Positions 1 to 23,921 of a DNA stretch of 46,832 nucleotides are shown here, in pieces (the first letter of the stretch is position 1; each line of letters starts with the position of its first letter). The notes below the pieces were generated by a model that did no database searches, was not told the origin of the DNA, and worked only from the letters and a program-made list of their open reading frames with translations. A program made the position numbers and the translations under genes. The stretch comes from Paraspadella gotoi (taxonomy: Eukaryota > Animalia > Chaetognatha): the NCBI GenBank assembly GCA_051294375.1, contig CM119270.1, positions 10,326,913-10,373,744 on the forward strand, read 5' to 3'.

Positions 1-10625
<10,625 letters not shown>

Positions 10626-10696
10626 GCGTGTCTGTGTTTGACTTTTTGTCTCTCTCTCTCTCTCCTCTCTCTGCTCTCATCTCCTCTCTCTCTCTA

Positions 10697-10732
<36 letters not shown>

Positions 10733-11748
10733 ATTATTTTATACTCCATCTCCAGGTTTTTCAACTTGCTGTGGTTAAATAACCACTGGAGAAAATTTGA
10801 CAACTTACAACTACGTCTATTAAAAATTTCATAACTCCCTGTTCACATATTGATAAAGATATTGCTTTAGATGCGGCCAGTATGATTTCCACCTCTCTGA
10901 TATACGTTAATATTTCAGCCCGTAGATTAAAACGTATTATTTTACAAACACATTATTTGATAGTATATTGATCGCATTTGCTACAAAACACTATTTATAA
11001 CTAACATTTCTCCAATAGAAATTTGCTGGGCTTGGACGCACGAGTTTTGACAAGAGTAAATGTTTAAATTGCGAATTAGGAAAGAGCGCACACAATCTGT
11101 AAACGCAGAAGAATAGTTAGAATACATCAGTTTCTTGCTTATTATATGGAGTAGTAATTTTCTCACACTAAAGCTAGCTTTTAAGAGCAGTCCCGTAAAC
11201 GCACACTGGCCTCAGCCCCACTTTTGCTTCAATATTCAATATCTCTCTCTTCTTCTCTTCTCTTTTCTCTCTTCTCTCTCTTTCTTTCTTCTTTACCCCC
11301 ATTATTTTTCATCCATTCAGTGAACGAGTTTAAAAGGGGGATTTGAATTTTGATTCCCATATTTGAATTCATTACCCTTTTCTGGCAAAATTAGGCCGCA
11401 AAGCGTTTTAGATTCACCCAGTTTTTTTTATAAATAATTTTTTTTTACTCAGTCTCAGGATGAAAAGGAGGCTTATCTGCATTTTTTTCACCTTTTTGGG
11501 ATATTTCAAAAAAAAGGTTTTTTTTTTTTTCATATTTTCAGACCAACGGTTTCCCGACGAAAAAGTTTAAAAAAGAGAGAAAAAAACGAGAGAAACAGAG
11601 AAAGAGAAAAAGTGAGGGTGAGGGCAGAAACAGGGAAAGTGAAGAAATAAAAAATCTCCCATTTTGATTTTCTAGTTGAGCAAATAACTTGAAAGAGTTA
11701 CTGTCAAAATTTTGTTATGGTTGTTTCTGTGTTATTTTTCTCTCTCTG

Positions 11749-11782
<34 letters not shown>

Positions 11783-11788
11783 CTCTCT

Positions 11789-11836
<48 letters not shown>

Positions 11837-12800
11837 TCTCTCTCTATTCTTTTCATTCTGTCTTTTTTTCTCCCCATTTGTTTTTCAATATTTTCATGAG
11901 AGAGAGAGAAGAGAAGAGAGAAAGGAAGATCGCGCGCTGTTTTTCATTCGTTTCCATCTGGGCTACTCTTCTACTGCGCCACTCCCGCCACACCACGCCG
12001 CCTTGCCTACGTCATCCACGCACCGTTAACCATTGGCGCTGTTGGCGTGATTTGCCTCTCGCATCCCGGCGTAGTTATCGACCCTTTGGGCGCCAAACGA
12101 CGCAGCGGGCAGATTTTAAAAACTTGCTAATGGTTTTAGGTCTCATTAAAGCGACTTTTTTCCCCGCTTTTTAGCGATGCTTCCGTTGATAGTTATATTT
12201 GAGTTTCAAATTTTTGGGCAAATTTTTAACGTCGCTATCCGCTTGTTTATTATTAAATATTTAATTTCATGTCGTGACGTTGAGCCGAAACTTTGCCTTT
12301 TTTGACGGCGTCGTCGTTGTTGTCGTCGTCGTTGTCGTAGTCGGTCGCCGCTGTTATTGCTGTTGTTTTTCTCGAAATATTCATCGTCCGCATGCGCTCG
12401 TTCGTCGACATCTCGTCGTCGTCGTCATTATCGTCGCCCGTCGTAGTCATATCGTCTCACGAGAAAAAAGGATCCAGAATTTGGGTTTCGCGAAATCGAT
12501 TTCTCTTGAATTTTTAAACGAGTAAGACGACGGAACGAAACGTCTCAAACAGAGTTTGAATGCAAGACACTACGACAATGGATAACGACAACACGACAAC
12601 GACGACGACGACAACGACAAACGACGACGATGACGACGGCTACGAATAGGTTTCTATCTTTTGCTACTTTGTCATATTTTATAATGTCATCCTCTCGCTC
12701 TCTTCTTTTCCGCGCGCGCTACGTCTCTCTTGTCTTCGTTGAAATTCAATCCGAGCCTTTCGTTTCAATAAACATTCATTTTTTTAGTTGATGATATTCA

Positions 12801-12884
<84 letters not shown>

Positions 12885-13139
12885 GCTTCTTACTGACTCT
12901 CCCTGTCTCTCCCTTATCTCTTTTGATTAATAAGTGAAATAGCCACCGATCCATCCTCTTCTCTCTCTTTTCTGCTTTTTCTTCTTTTCTCTCTCTCTTT
13001 CTCCTTTTCTCTCTCTGTCTCTTTCTTCTCTCTCTTCTCTTCTCTTCTTTCTTTCTTTCAATTCCCTTTTCTTCTCTCTCTTTCTTCTCTTCTCTTCTCT
13101 TTCTCTCTCAATTCTCCTCCTTCTCTTTCTTCTTCTTTT

Positions 13140-13400
13140 CTCTTCTCTTCTCTTCTCTTCCCTTTCTCTTCTCTTCATTTCTCTTCAATTCTCTTCTCTT
13201 CTCTTCAATTCTCTTCTCATTCTNNNNNNNNNNNNNNNNNNNNNNNNNCTCTTCTCTTCTCTTCTCTTCTCTTCTATTCTCTTCTCTTAACTCCACTCCA
13301 CTCCACTCCACTCCACTGCTCTCCTCTCCTCTCCTCTCCTCTCCTCTCCTCTTTTCTCCTCTCCTTTTCTCTCCTCTTCTCTTCTCTTCTCTTCTCTTTT
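13140..13400 (+). repeat. Compound pentanucleotide microsatellite (TCTTC)n-(CTCCA)n-(CTCCT)n around a 25-N gap
   Basis: Direct reading. Confidence 0.85.
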
Positions 13401-13703
13401 CCTTTTTCTTTTCTTACTAAGACTCCTTTCTCCGACGTGTATGTCACCTGATTTTTATTGTTTTTCAACCAAGTATTTTCTTATTTTTCGTCTCTCAACC
13501 ACAACCATATTGAAAACCCCACCCTTTCTTTCACCACAGCCTCTATTCAAACCACACTCCTTCTTCCGAACAGCACCCCACTACCAATCCTTCCACCCAA
13601 TTCCAAACTCCCCCCACTCGCGCACCAGCAGCGACTCGCAGCGGAGATTTTAATCTGAACATCTGAACAATGAGGTCTCTTACCAGACTCTTCATTAAAA
13701 AAG

Positions 13704-13807
<104 letters not shown>

Positions 13808-14519
13808 TTCGGATGAGAGGCGAGGGGAGAATCACAATTTCTTCATTACGAATTCTCCCTCTTTTTTTCTCTCTCCCTTTATTCTCTGGGAATATAAAAA
13901 CCAAATAAAGCCGTTGGTCGTTAAGGAAGTGATAGAAAAAATATAGGGTAAAGGTTAGAAATTATGAAAATTATAAAAAGAAAAAAAAATATTCAAAAGG
14001 AAGAAAAAATTAAACAATTGTTAAAACAAAACACGTGACACTAATCAATACAAAAGAGAAAATATCGCCATTTGAACAGAACAAACGCCGAATCAGAATT
14101 TATTTTCTTTCCTTCGTCGCTGACGAGAATTTCACCGTCAAGCGGCGCTGCGGAAGCGGTGCTGGCGCCGCCGGGCGCCGTCGATGGGCCGATGGAGAAA
14201 ACAAAAAAAGCAAATGTAACTCAACGCGAAATCGTGCGGCGTCCAGCGGCGCCGGTGGCAAACAAAGGCGTCTATTCGCTCCGGGCGGCGCTAGTTTTAA
14301 AATCGCCACGCCCATTTTTAGGGTAGCCGCTAAATTGGGAACGGACAAACATTCGCATCGTTTGATTAAGTATTTAAACAATACTTGATTAGTAGTTATA
14401 GGTATTAAATACTAAAGGAAACTCTTTGTTATAGCATTTACACTAATGTTAGTTATAAAATTTGAATTACGAAATAAACCTCAATGTCTTTAAAACGTTT
14501 TCGTCGTCGTCGTCGTCGT

Positions 14520-14680
14520 CGTCGTCGTTTCGTTTTTGTGATTTAAGTAGAAACAAAAACAAAAGAACAAATTTTCGGATTTTCGTTGTCAAGTTTCGCA
14601 GATGAAGTCGATGACGACGACAGAAAATTTCGGCGGAGATTTGGCGCTCGTCATTGAGGGGACAGATGCAGCAGAGAGAG

Positions 14681-14757
<77 letters not shown>

Positions 14758-15131
14758 CCGCTGATGACGCCAGATAAGGCACCTGTCACGACTGATCAAC
14801 TCTAGGGAGAGAGAGGAAAGTAGATGGAGAGAGGGAGAGAGGAAGAGGCTCAAAATTGAGAAATAGACAGACAGACAGGGAGACAACAGAAACCGAGCGT
14901 CCGTAGAGGGAAAACTAACCAACGCGGATCCTCGGCCGAGTTTGTTTATTAAAATTGAATATCTCTAAATCTAGATTCTTTCCTTCTTTCTTCATTTGAA
15001 AAGAAATTGACAACCCAAGCGGACACTCCCTGACCCCTCACTAACTTTCTTTATATCATATGTAATTGTCACCACCCGCTTTTTTTGTTTATCCTTCTTT
15101 TCTAAAAGCATTAGACGAGCATCTGTGCTCG

Positions 15132-15217
<86 letters not shown>

Positions 15218-15411
15218 ATAAAAATCTGCCTCCGACAAAATCTTGGAATTCCGTCTTTGTTTCGTTTTCAGTGTTGATGGGGCATTAGGCCTACTAAATA
15301 AGCTGATTAAAGTTTGCCAATGTCTTTTGGCATGCGCATTGCGATTTTCCGCGACGGCCCGTTTTTTTTTCCATTGCCACAGAGAAGAGAGAAGAAAAGA
15401 GAGAGAAGAGA

Positions 15412-15462
<51 letters not shown>

Positions 15463-15678
15463 AGAGAGAAGAGAGAGAGAGAGAAGAGAAAGAGAGAAGA
15501 GAGAGGAGGGAAAAAGAAAGAGAGAGAGAGAGAGAGAGTATGTTTTTTTTTCCTGTTTTCACGACTTAGTTTTTATTTTCGAGAAAATATTTTCTCTTTT
15601 TTCTGCTTTTCTATCTTTTACCTCTCTCTCTCTCTCTCCTCTCTCTCTTCTCTCTCTCCTCTCTCTCTCTCTTCTCTT

Positions 15679-15724
<46 letters not shown>

Positions 15725-16244
15725 TTTTCTCTCTCTCTCTTGCTTTCTTTTCCTCTCCTTTTCGCTCTGTGTCGTTGGTTGCATTAGCCTTTTTCGCAGG
15801 CACGCAATTTCGACCTTTTTTTCCATTAGATCTCTCCCCATCCAGTCGACTTTAAAGGAAGTAAAAAAGGTGGGATGGCAAAGGAATGGTGGCGGTGGGG
15901 TGGTGGCGGGTGGTGACAATTACATATGATATAAAGAAAGTTAGTGAGGGGTCAGGGAGTGTCCGCTTGGTTGTCAATTTCTTTTCAAATGAAGAAAGAA
16001 GGAAAGAATCTAGATTTAGAGATATTCAATTTTAATAAAACAAACTCGGCCGAGGATCCGCGTTGGTTAGTTTTCCCTCTACGGACGCTCGGTTTCTGTT
16101 GTCTCCCTGTCTGTCTGTCTATTTCTCAATTTTGAGCCTCTTCCTCTCTCTCCCTCTCTCCATCTACTTTCCTCTCTCTCCCTAGAGTTGATCAGTCGTG
16201 ACAGGTGCCTTATCTGGCGTCATCAGCGGCGCCCTCTCTCTCTC

Positions 16245-16320
<76 letters not shown>

Positions 16321-16569
16321 TCTTTCTCTCTCTGCTGCATCTGTCCCCTCAATGACGAGCGCCAAATCTCCGCCGAAATTTTCTGTCGTCGTCATCGACT
16401 TCATCTGAGAAACTTGACAACGAAAATCCGAAAATTTGTTCTTTTGTTTTTTTTTCTACTTAAATCACAAAACGAAAACGAACGACGACTAAGGACGAGC
16501 GGANNNNNNNNNNNNNNNNNNNNNNNNNCTTCTTTTTCTAAGCAATTAGACGAGCATCTGTGCTCGCTA

Positions 16570-16656
<87 letters not shown>

Positions 16657-16858
16657 ATAAAAATCTGCCTCCGACAAAATCTTGGAATTCCGTCTTTGTT
16701 TCGTTTTCAGTGTTGATGGGGCATTAGCCTACTAATAAGCTGATTAAAGTTTTGCCAATGTCTTTTGCATGCGCATTGCGATTTTCCGCGACGGCCCGTT
16801 TTTTTTTCCATTGCCACAGAGAAGAGGAGAAAGAGAGAGAGAGAGAGAGAGAGAAGAG

Positions 16859-16932
<74 letters not shown>

Positions 16933-17047
16933 GAGAGGGAAAAAGAAAAAGAGAGAGAGAGAGAGAGAGTATGTTTTTTTTTCCTGTTTTCACGACTTAG
17001 TTTTTATTTTCGAGAAAATATTTTCTCTTTTTTCTGCTTTTCTATCT

Positions 17048-17121
<74 letters not shown>

Positions 17122-17302
17122 TCTTTCTCTCTCATCTCTGCTCTTTCTTTCCTCTCCTTTTCGCTCTGTGTCGTTGGTTGCATTAGCCTTTTTCGCAGGC
17201 ACGCAATTTCGACCTTTTTTTCCATTAGATCTCTCCCCATCCAGTCGACTTAAAGGAAGTAAAAAAGTGGGGATGGCAAAGGAATGGTGGCGGTGGGGTG
17301 GT
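14520..17302. repeat. Complex duplication A(14520-15079) - B(15080-15905) - revA(15906-16490) - 25N - B(16529-17302)
   Basis: 15906-16490 is the reverse complement of 14520-15079 (tgtaattgtcaccacccgc vs gcgggtggtgacaattaca). 16529-17302 is a direct copy of about 15095-15902 (ttagacgagcatctgtgctcgc ... ggaatggtggcggtggggtggt). Confidence 0.9.
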
Positions 17303-17532
17303 AAAAAAAAAAAAAATTCAAAAAACATTTAAAATTATAGACAGAAATCAACAGTAAGTCGAAATAAAAAGTTAAAATTAAAACTGACATTTGGTGGAAA
17401 GAAGATAAAATAAAAAAAATAGTCGGTGAAGGTTTGATAAAGAGCGTTGAGTCTAAAGCTTTGAACAATCCTCTTTCTACTTATCGCTCAGTAACAAAAC
17501 CCACCTTAATATCTGATCGGCCATAATCTCCT

Positions 17533-17569
<37 letters not shown>

Positions 17570-17759
17570 TCACTCTTCGCCCCCCTTTGGCTTGGCCAAT
17601 AGCTACAGCCACGCCTACAGCCGCCTAACTGCAAGCGGCACAGCGATAAGGGGAGCTTAATAACGGTAGGTAGAGTCCCATTATCTTCGCCTTTCCTTTC
17701 TCGGTCTCNNNNNNNNNNNNNNNNNNNNNNNNNNNNNNNNNNNNNNNNNNNNNNNNNNN

Positions 17760-17792
<33 letters not shown>

Positions 17793-17900
17793 ATCTTTCG
17801 CTCTCTTTTACTTTTTTTTAGCCGGATCTGCTACAGTCTTGATTCCTCTGCGATGAGATTCTGGCTCTATAATTGACTTTGTCGGTCCATCGGTCGGGCA

Positions 17901-17964
17901 TTATATCATGTCAGAACATCGAATTATGATAAATTATAAAAAAAAGATGTCCGTCCGTCCATCT

Positions 17965-17998
<34 letters not shown>

Positions 17999-18791
17999 CT
18001 GTCCGTCCTACTTTAGAAAAAAACACCAATTACTCGTTATTTGATGGATGGATTGGAATAAAATTTTGTGTGTGGGTAGGAAAGTGTGTGATTGAGCTGG
18101 AAATGGAGTTTCGCTGGAATAGTCCGAGTGGAAATGAGTTAAAATGGAAAAAACAAAAAAAAATATTATTCACTATTTGAACGCCAATTACTCATGAGTG
18201 AATTGGGCGATTGACTTCAAATTTTGTATGTTGGTAGGAAAGTGTGTGATTGAGCAGGAAAAAAAGTTTCGATGGAATCGTCCAAGTGGAAATAAGTTAA
18301 AATGGAAAAAACAAACAATCAATTTTACTATTTGATTATGCTTTTTATTTTTATATTAAATATAAATTAAAGCTGCTTTAATTAATTATTAATAAGTAAT
18401 TAATTAATTATTTGTAATTAATTAATTAATTAATTAATTTTGTGATCGAGATTGTTGTTTTGTGATTGAAAGGTGATATAAAGTGTAAAACGATTTTGAC
18501 ACGAATAAAAAAGATTAAAATTAATTAATTAATTAATTACAAATAAATAATTAATAAATAAATAATTATTAATTAATTAAAGCAGCTTTAATTTACATTT
18601 AATATAAAATAAAAAAGCATAATCAAATAGTGAAATAGATTGTTTAATTGTTTATTAATTAATTAATTAATTAATAATTAATTAATTAAATAATTTATTA
18701 ATTCATTATTTAATGAACTAATTATCTGATCATCTGCTTACCGCTAATGATCGTGGGCAGATCCGACATTGTTTGCTCAAACTTGTTATAT
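17901..18791 (+). mobile_element. Non-autonomous DINE-1/Helentron-associated (HINE)-like element
   Basis: (GTCC/GTCT)n microsatellite near the 5' end (17949-18008). Two diverged ~157-bp tandem subrepeats (about 18026-18180, 18184-18335). Short subterminal inverted motif ATGTCAGA (17908) / TCCGACAT (18762). 3' GC-richer stem-loop atctgcttac...gtgggcagat (18732-18762), then CTTGTT. TTATAT is present at both ends. No coding capacity. Confidence 0.6.
18314..18644. repeat. Long AT-rich inverted repeat (arms about 18314-18441 and 18517-18644, ~75-bp spacer) inside the HINE-like element
   Basis: ctatttgattatgctttttattttt...aattaaagctgctttaattaatt pairs with aattaattaaagcagctttaatt...aaaataaaaaagcataatcaaatag; (TTAA)n tracts on both arms. 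Confidence 0.9.
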
Positions 18792-19523
18792 TAGTTTTTG
18801 CCCCCCCCCTATTTTTTGCTATTTTTAGATTTATTATTGGTTTTGTTAGTTTGTTTTTAAATTAAAATTCTAATTTAGTCTTCACTTCTCTTCATTGAAA
18901 CCTTCGCTTCTTTTTTCTTCTTCACGGCCAAAAAGCTTCGCTCGCTTTCGCCTCGGGCCGATAAGGCGAAAAGCTCAACGCTTTCTCTCCCCTTTATCCT
19001 CTCGCTCTCGCTCTCGTTCTTTTTTTTCGTCCCTGTTTCTTATCGCAACTGATTACCGGAAGCCGCGATAAAGAAGAGAGGGAGAGAGGAGAGTAGAGGA
19101 GAGAGAGACGAGATGGATGAAGAGAGATGAGATGGTCTGAGGAGAGAAGAGAGAGAGAGAGGAGAGAGAGAGAAGAGAGAGAGGAGAGAGATAAGGGGAA
19201 GAGAGAGAGAGGAGAGAGGATGAAGAGCAGAGAGAGATAACCATAAAATCCTTTTCCGAGTGCTAATCCAATCTTTCCCCCGACTTTCTACGCACGTGCA
19301 TTCGGCAAACTCGTCCGCTCACCAAGCCGGACTCTTTTATTAGTTGCTTCGTCGCACGCGACTGCTTTTTTTTGTGTGCGTGACCGTCATTCGTACATTA
19401 AACGCACGCGGTGCACGCGCGATGCCATCGCAATGCACGTCCTTTTCTTTTTCGCTGAAAGGAAAATAAAATGAAATTAGCGCGAGAGAAATCGAGCGTG
19501 AATTTTCGTCGCCGACGAAGAGA

Positions 19524-19670
<147 letters not shown>

Positions 19671-22662
19671 GAGTGATAAAATAAGAAAGACTGAAACGAA
19701 GAGAGCGGAAGAATGAAAAAAAAAGGGAGGCTAAGAGAGAAAAATAAAGGAAAGGAGCGAGAGACAGAAAAAGACAGATAGAGGGACAGAAACGGGGAGA
19801 ATGCTCAACCCCCCCTACCCCTAATTCTTTTTCGCTCTTTATTTTTCTCCATCCTTTCCTTTTTATTCTCCCTCGCGGTGGCGTCCTCTTCGCGGAATGA
19901 CAACGACCCAAATTCCTATCCTTTTTTTATTTTCTTCACAGACATGGGATTGGGAATAAAATTTTGTATGTGTGGGTATAGGAAAGTGTGTTTGATTTGA
20001 GCTTGTGGAAATGGAGTTTTCGCTGTGGAATTAGTCGAGTGGAAATGATGTTAAAATTGGTAAAAAAACAAAAAAAAATATTATTCATATTTGAACGCCA
20101 ATTACTCATGATGTGAATTGGCGATTGACTTCAAATTTTGTATGTTGGTAGGAAAGTGTGTGATTTGAAGCTGGGAAAAAAAGTTTCGATGGAATCGTCA
20201 ACGTGGGAAAATAAGTTAATTAAATGGAAAAAACACAAACAATCAATTTCTCTACTATTTGATTGATGCTTTTTATTTTTATATTAAAATATTAAATTAA
20301 AGCTGCTTTAATTAATCTATTAATTAATAAGTAATAATTAATTATTTGTAATTAATTAAGATATTAATTAATTAATTTTATGATCAAGATTGCTTGTTTT
20401 GGTAATTATGAGGAAAGTGATAAACGTGTAAAACGATTTGACACAGAATAAAAAATTTAAAATTAATTAATTAATTAATATACAAATAATAATTAATAAT
20501 AAATAATTATTTAATTAATTAATAGCAGCTTTAATTTTACATTTAATATTTATAAAATAAAAAAGATAATCAATGTGCAAATAATTGTTTATAATAGTTG
20601 TTTATTGAATTACTGTTTATTAATTAAATTAATTAATTAATAATTATTAATTAAAATTATTTATCTAATTCATTATGTTAATGAAACTTTATTCTGAATC
20701 AATTCTGCTCTTTTACCGCTAATGATCGTGTGGGAGACTCGCGAACATTGTTTTATGTTTTGCTCAAACTTGTGTATTATATATTGAGGTCTTGCCCCCC
20801 CCCCCTCCCTTATTTTTTTTTGCGTAATTTTTTAGATTATTATTGTTTTGTTGAGTTTGTTTTTAAATTAAAATTCTAATTATTTACTGTCCTTCCCATT
20901 CTCTTTTCATTGAAAACTTTCCTTTCTTTTTTTCTTTTTCCGAGCCCAAAAAGCTATCCGCTTCGCTTTGCCTCGGGCGATAAGGCGAATAATATGCCTC
21001 AACGCTTTCGTCTCATCCCTTTATCCTCTCGCTTCTCGTCTCTCGTTCTTTTCTTTTCCGTCCTGTTTTCTTATTCGCAACTGATTAACCGGAAGCTGCG
21101 CGAAAAGGGAGTAGAGGGAGACGAGATGATGGAGGAGAGAGTCTAGAGAGAAGAGAAGAGGAGAGAGATAGAAGAGAGAGAGAGAGATGAGAGAGAGAGA
21201 TGAAGAGAGAGAGAGGAGAGGATGAAGGCAGAGAGAGATAACCCATAAAATTCCTTTTGCCGAGTGCTTAATCAATTTTCCCCGACTTTCTTACGCACGT
21301 GCCATTCGGCAAACTCGTCCGTCTCACACAGCCGGACTCTTTTTTTTAGTTGCTTCGTCGCACGCGACTGCTTTTTTTGTCAATGGTGACCGTCATTCGT
21401 CACTTAAACGCAACGCGGTGCGACGCGCGATGCCATTCGCAATGCACGTTCCTTTTCTTTTTCGCCTGAAGGAAAAAAATAATGAAATTAGGCGCGCAGG
21501 AGAAATCGAGCCGTCGGAATTTTTCGTCGCCGACGAAAGAGAAGCGAGAAGGAGAGAAGAGAGAGATGAAGAGAGAGAGAGAGAGAGAGAGGAGAAGAGA
21601 GAGAGAGAGAGAGAAGAGGAGAGAGAGAGAGAGAGAGAGACGAGACAGAGAGTGATAAAAATAAAAAGACTTGAAACGAAGAAGAGCGGAAGAATGAAAA
21701 AAAAAGGAGGCTAAGAGAGCAAAATAAAGGAAAGGAGCGAAGAGACAGAAAAAGACAGATAGAGGGACAGAATACGGGGGAGAATGCTCACCCCCTCCCT
21801 AAATTTCTTTTCGCTCTTTATTTTTCTCCATCCTTTCCTTTTTATCTCCTCCGCGATCAGAACAATGGAATGTCTGGCCGTCGTCCTCTTCGCGGAATGA
21901 CAAACGACCCAAATTCCTATCCTTTTTTATTTTCTTCAAGAGAGGGAGAGAGAAAGAGATAGAGAGAGAGAGAGGAGAGAGAGGAGAGAGAGAGAGAGAG
22001 AGAGCGAGGAGAGAGATGAAGATGAGAGAGGATGNNNNNNNNNNNNNNNNNNNNNNNNNAGAGAGAGAGAGAGAGAGAGAGAGTGAGTGAGAGAGAGAGC
22101 GATGGCTAACGGTTAGTAGTGAGACGAAAAATGACAAATACCGCACGGAAGATAGACCGGATCCTCTCGCCAAAAATGCCTCGAAATGCCAACCTTAATG
22201 ATGATTGCTTTTATTGCCCTAATGGATCCGAGGGTGGGCCAGGGGACCAGGGGTGGTTTCGTGAGAGTGGCGGGCTGCGGCGGGGTAGGGTGAAGGGGGT
22301 AAGTGACTGGGGACGCTGAACCGAAAGCCGCCTTCGAGTGGGGAATTCGTGCGTGGCATCGAGACGGGGTTTCGGCGGCGGCGTCGGCCGTGGCGGCGGA
22401 GGCGGCAGCGGCTGTGGCGGCAAAGGCGGCAGCGGCTGTGGCGGCGGCTTTTTCGAGTTTCCACGCGCAGAACTTTCCCTTCTCTTTTAGGTTTCCGCTT
22501 TTGCCTCCCACCCTTTCTCTTTCTCCCCCCTCTATCTTTAATAGTTATTCCCCCTTATTCCTCCCTCCCCCATTCCCCTTACTATTCCCCATCCGCGTCG
22601 AAAAGTTGAGGGGAGGAATGAAAGACGTTTGAAAAGCGGCGACGAGAAAGACTGAAGAGGGC

Positions 22663-22772
<110 letters not shown>

Positions 22773-23209
22773 TCTGTCTTTGACGCGAGAGTTTGGCTCT
22801 TTTTATTCAGATTCGTGGTAAAAATAATAGTTATATATAGCCTCTTGTGGAAAATCAAACTTAATTCAACGAATAGTTTCCAGAAATTACGTATCTTAGT
22901 TAATTTTGATTAAGGTTCATTTGATTTTAAAAAGTTAATAAGTTAAAAGTTATAATATAAGTAATATCCCTTTTTTACTTCAATGATAAGGGGAAAGGAG
23001 AAATGAGAAGTCGTGCATTCCGGATTACATCCGCACTTTCAGCGACGAGTCTGGGCTTCTTTTATTATATACGGATCCTAGGTGGGCTGCCTTCGGATTT
23101 TTCTTATTACATCCGGGCGTCGGTTGTAAAAAATAGAGTCAAAGATCGTTTGCTGCGTTTTATGTCCTTCGATACAGAGTGGAATACGGAGTAGGGGAAA
23201 AAAGCGGAG

Positions 23210-23261
<52 letters not shown>

Positions 23262-23430
23262 GAAGGGAGAAAGAAATGTGGGAGTAAGAGAGTCAAGAGG
23301 ATATAGGAGGGAAGGAAGAGACAAAGAAAGAAAAATAAAAGAGAAAAAGTTTGGTCATTTTTATTCTGTTTTCATTTCCTCTTTCTCTTCATTTTTTAAA
23401 ATTCTTTGTTTCAGCCTCCGTGTAACTTTT

Positions 23431-23502
23431 TCAATCCTTCTTTCCATCTCTCTTTCAATCCTTCTTTCCATCTCTCTTTCAATCCTTCTTTCCATCTCTC
23501 TT
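23431..23502 (+). repeat. 3 x 24-bp perfect tandem repeat TCAATCCTTCTTTCCATCTCTCTT
   Basis: Direct reading. Confidence 0.9.
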
Positions 23503-23884
23503 TCCAACTTTCACCGCCCTCCCCTTCCCAAAAACTGCGCGGGTGTTTTAACTTTTAGTATCATTTTGGTCGTCATCGCCTCTGAATTCCAGATGAGGGT
23601 TTGGCGCGCATCTCCAGACGAGGGTTGTTCGGTGGCGTTCGACGGGGTGGTTCGGGGTGGTTCGGGGTGGAGTCGGTGGTCGTGGGTTCTGGGAAGGGGC
23701 ATCTTGGAGATCATAGGGTGGAGCTTAGAAGTGGGTTTATGCCGAGGACGAACTGTCGGGAATAAAACGGGCTCGCCCGAGAAAAAAGAACGTGCGCGCC
23801 GAAAATGGGATGGGCGCGCCGGAGACGTGATGGTCGCAGATCTTCGAGGATAAATAAAACCACCCACGACGACGACGTCGAGTC

Positions 23885-23921
<37 letters not shown>

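Noticed and set aside
14755-14790. Hammerhead ribozyme core (CTGATGA followed by a short GCC/GGC stem)
   Set aside because: No GAAA after the stem, and no stem I/III or cleavage triplet.
22303-22632. Poly-alanine ORF (AAASAVAAEAAAAVAAKAAAAVAAA) resembling a transcription-factor low-complexity region
   Set aside because: It arises from a degenerate (GCG)n tract with a 21-bp duplication; no convincing acceptor/donor pair flanks it and there is no Hth similarity.
23179-23867. Overlapping 224-aa (+) and 118-aa (-) ORFs
   Set aside because: Built from GA repeats, a 24-bp tandem repeat and a GC-rich patch; no homology recognised.
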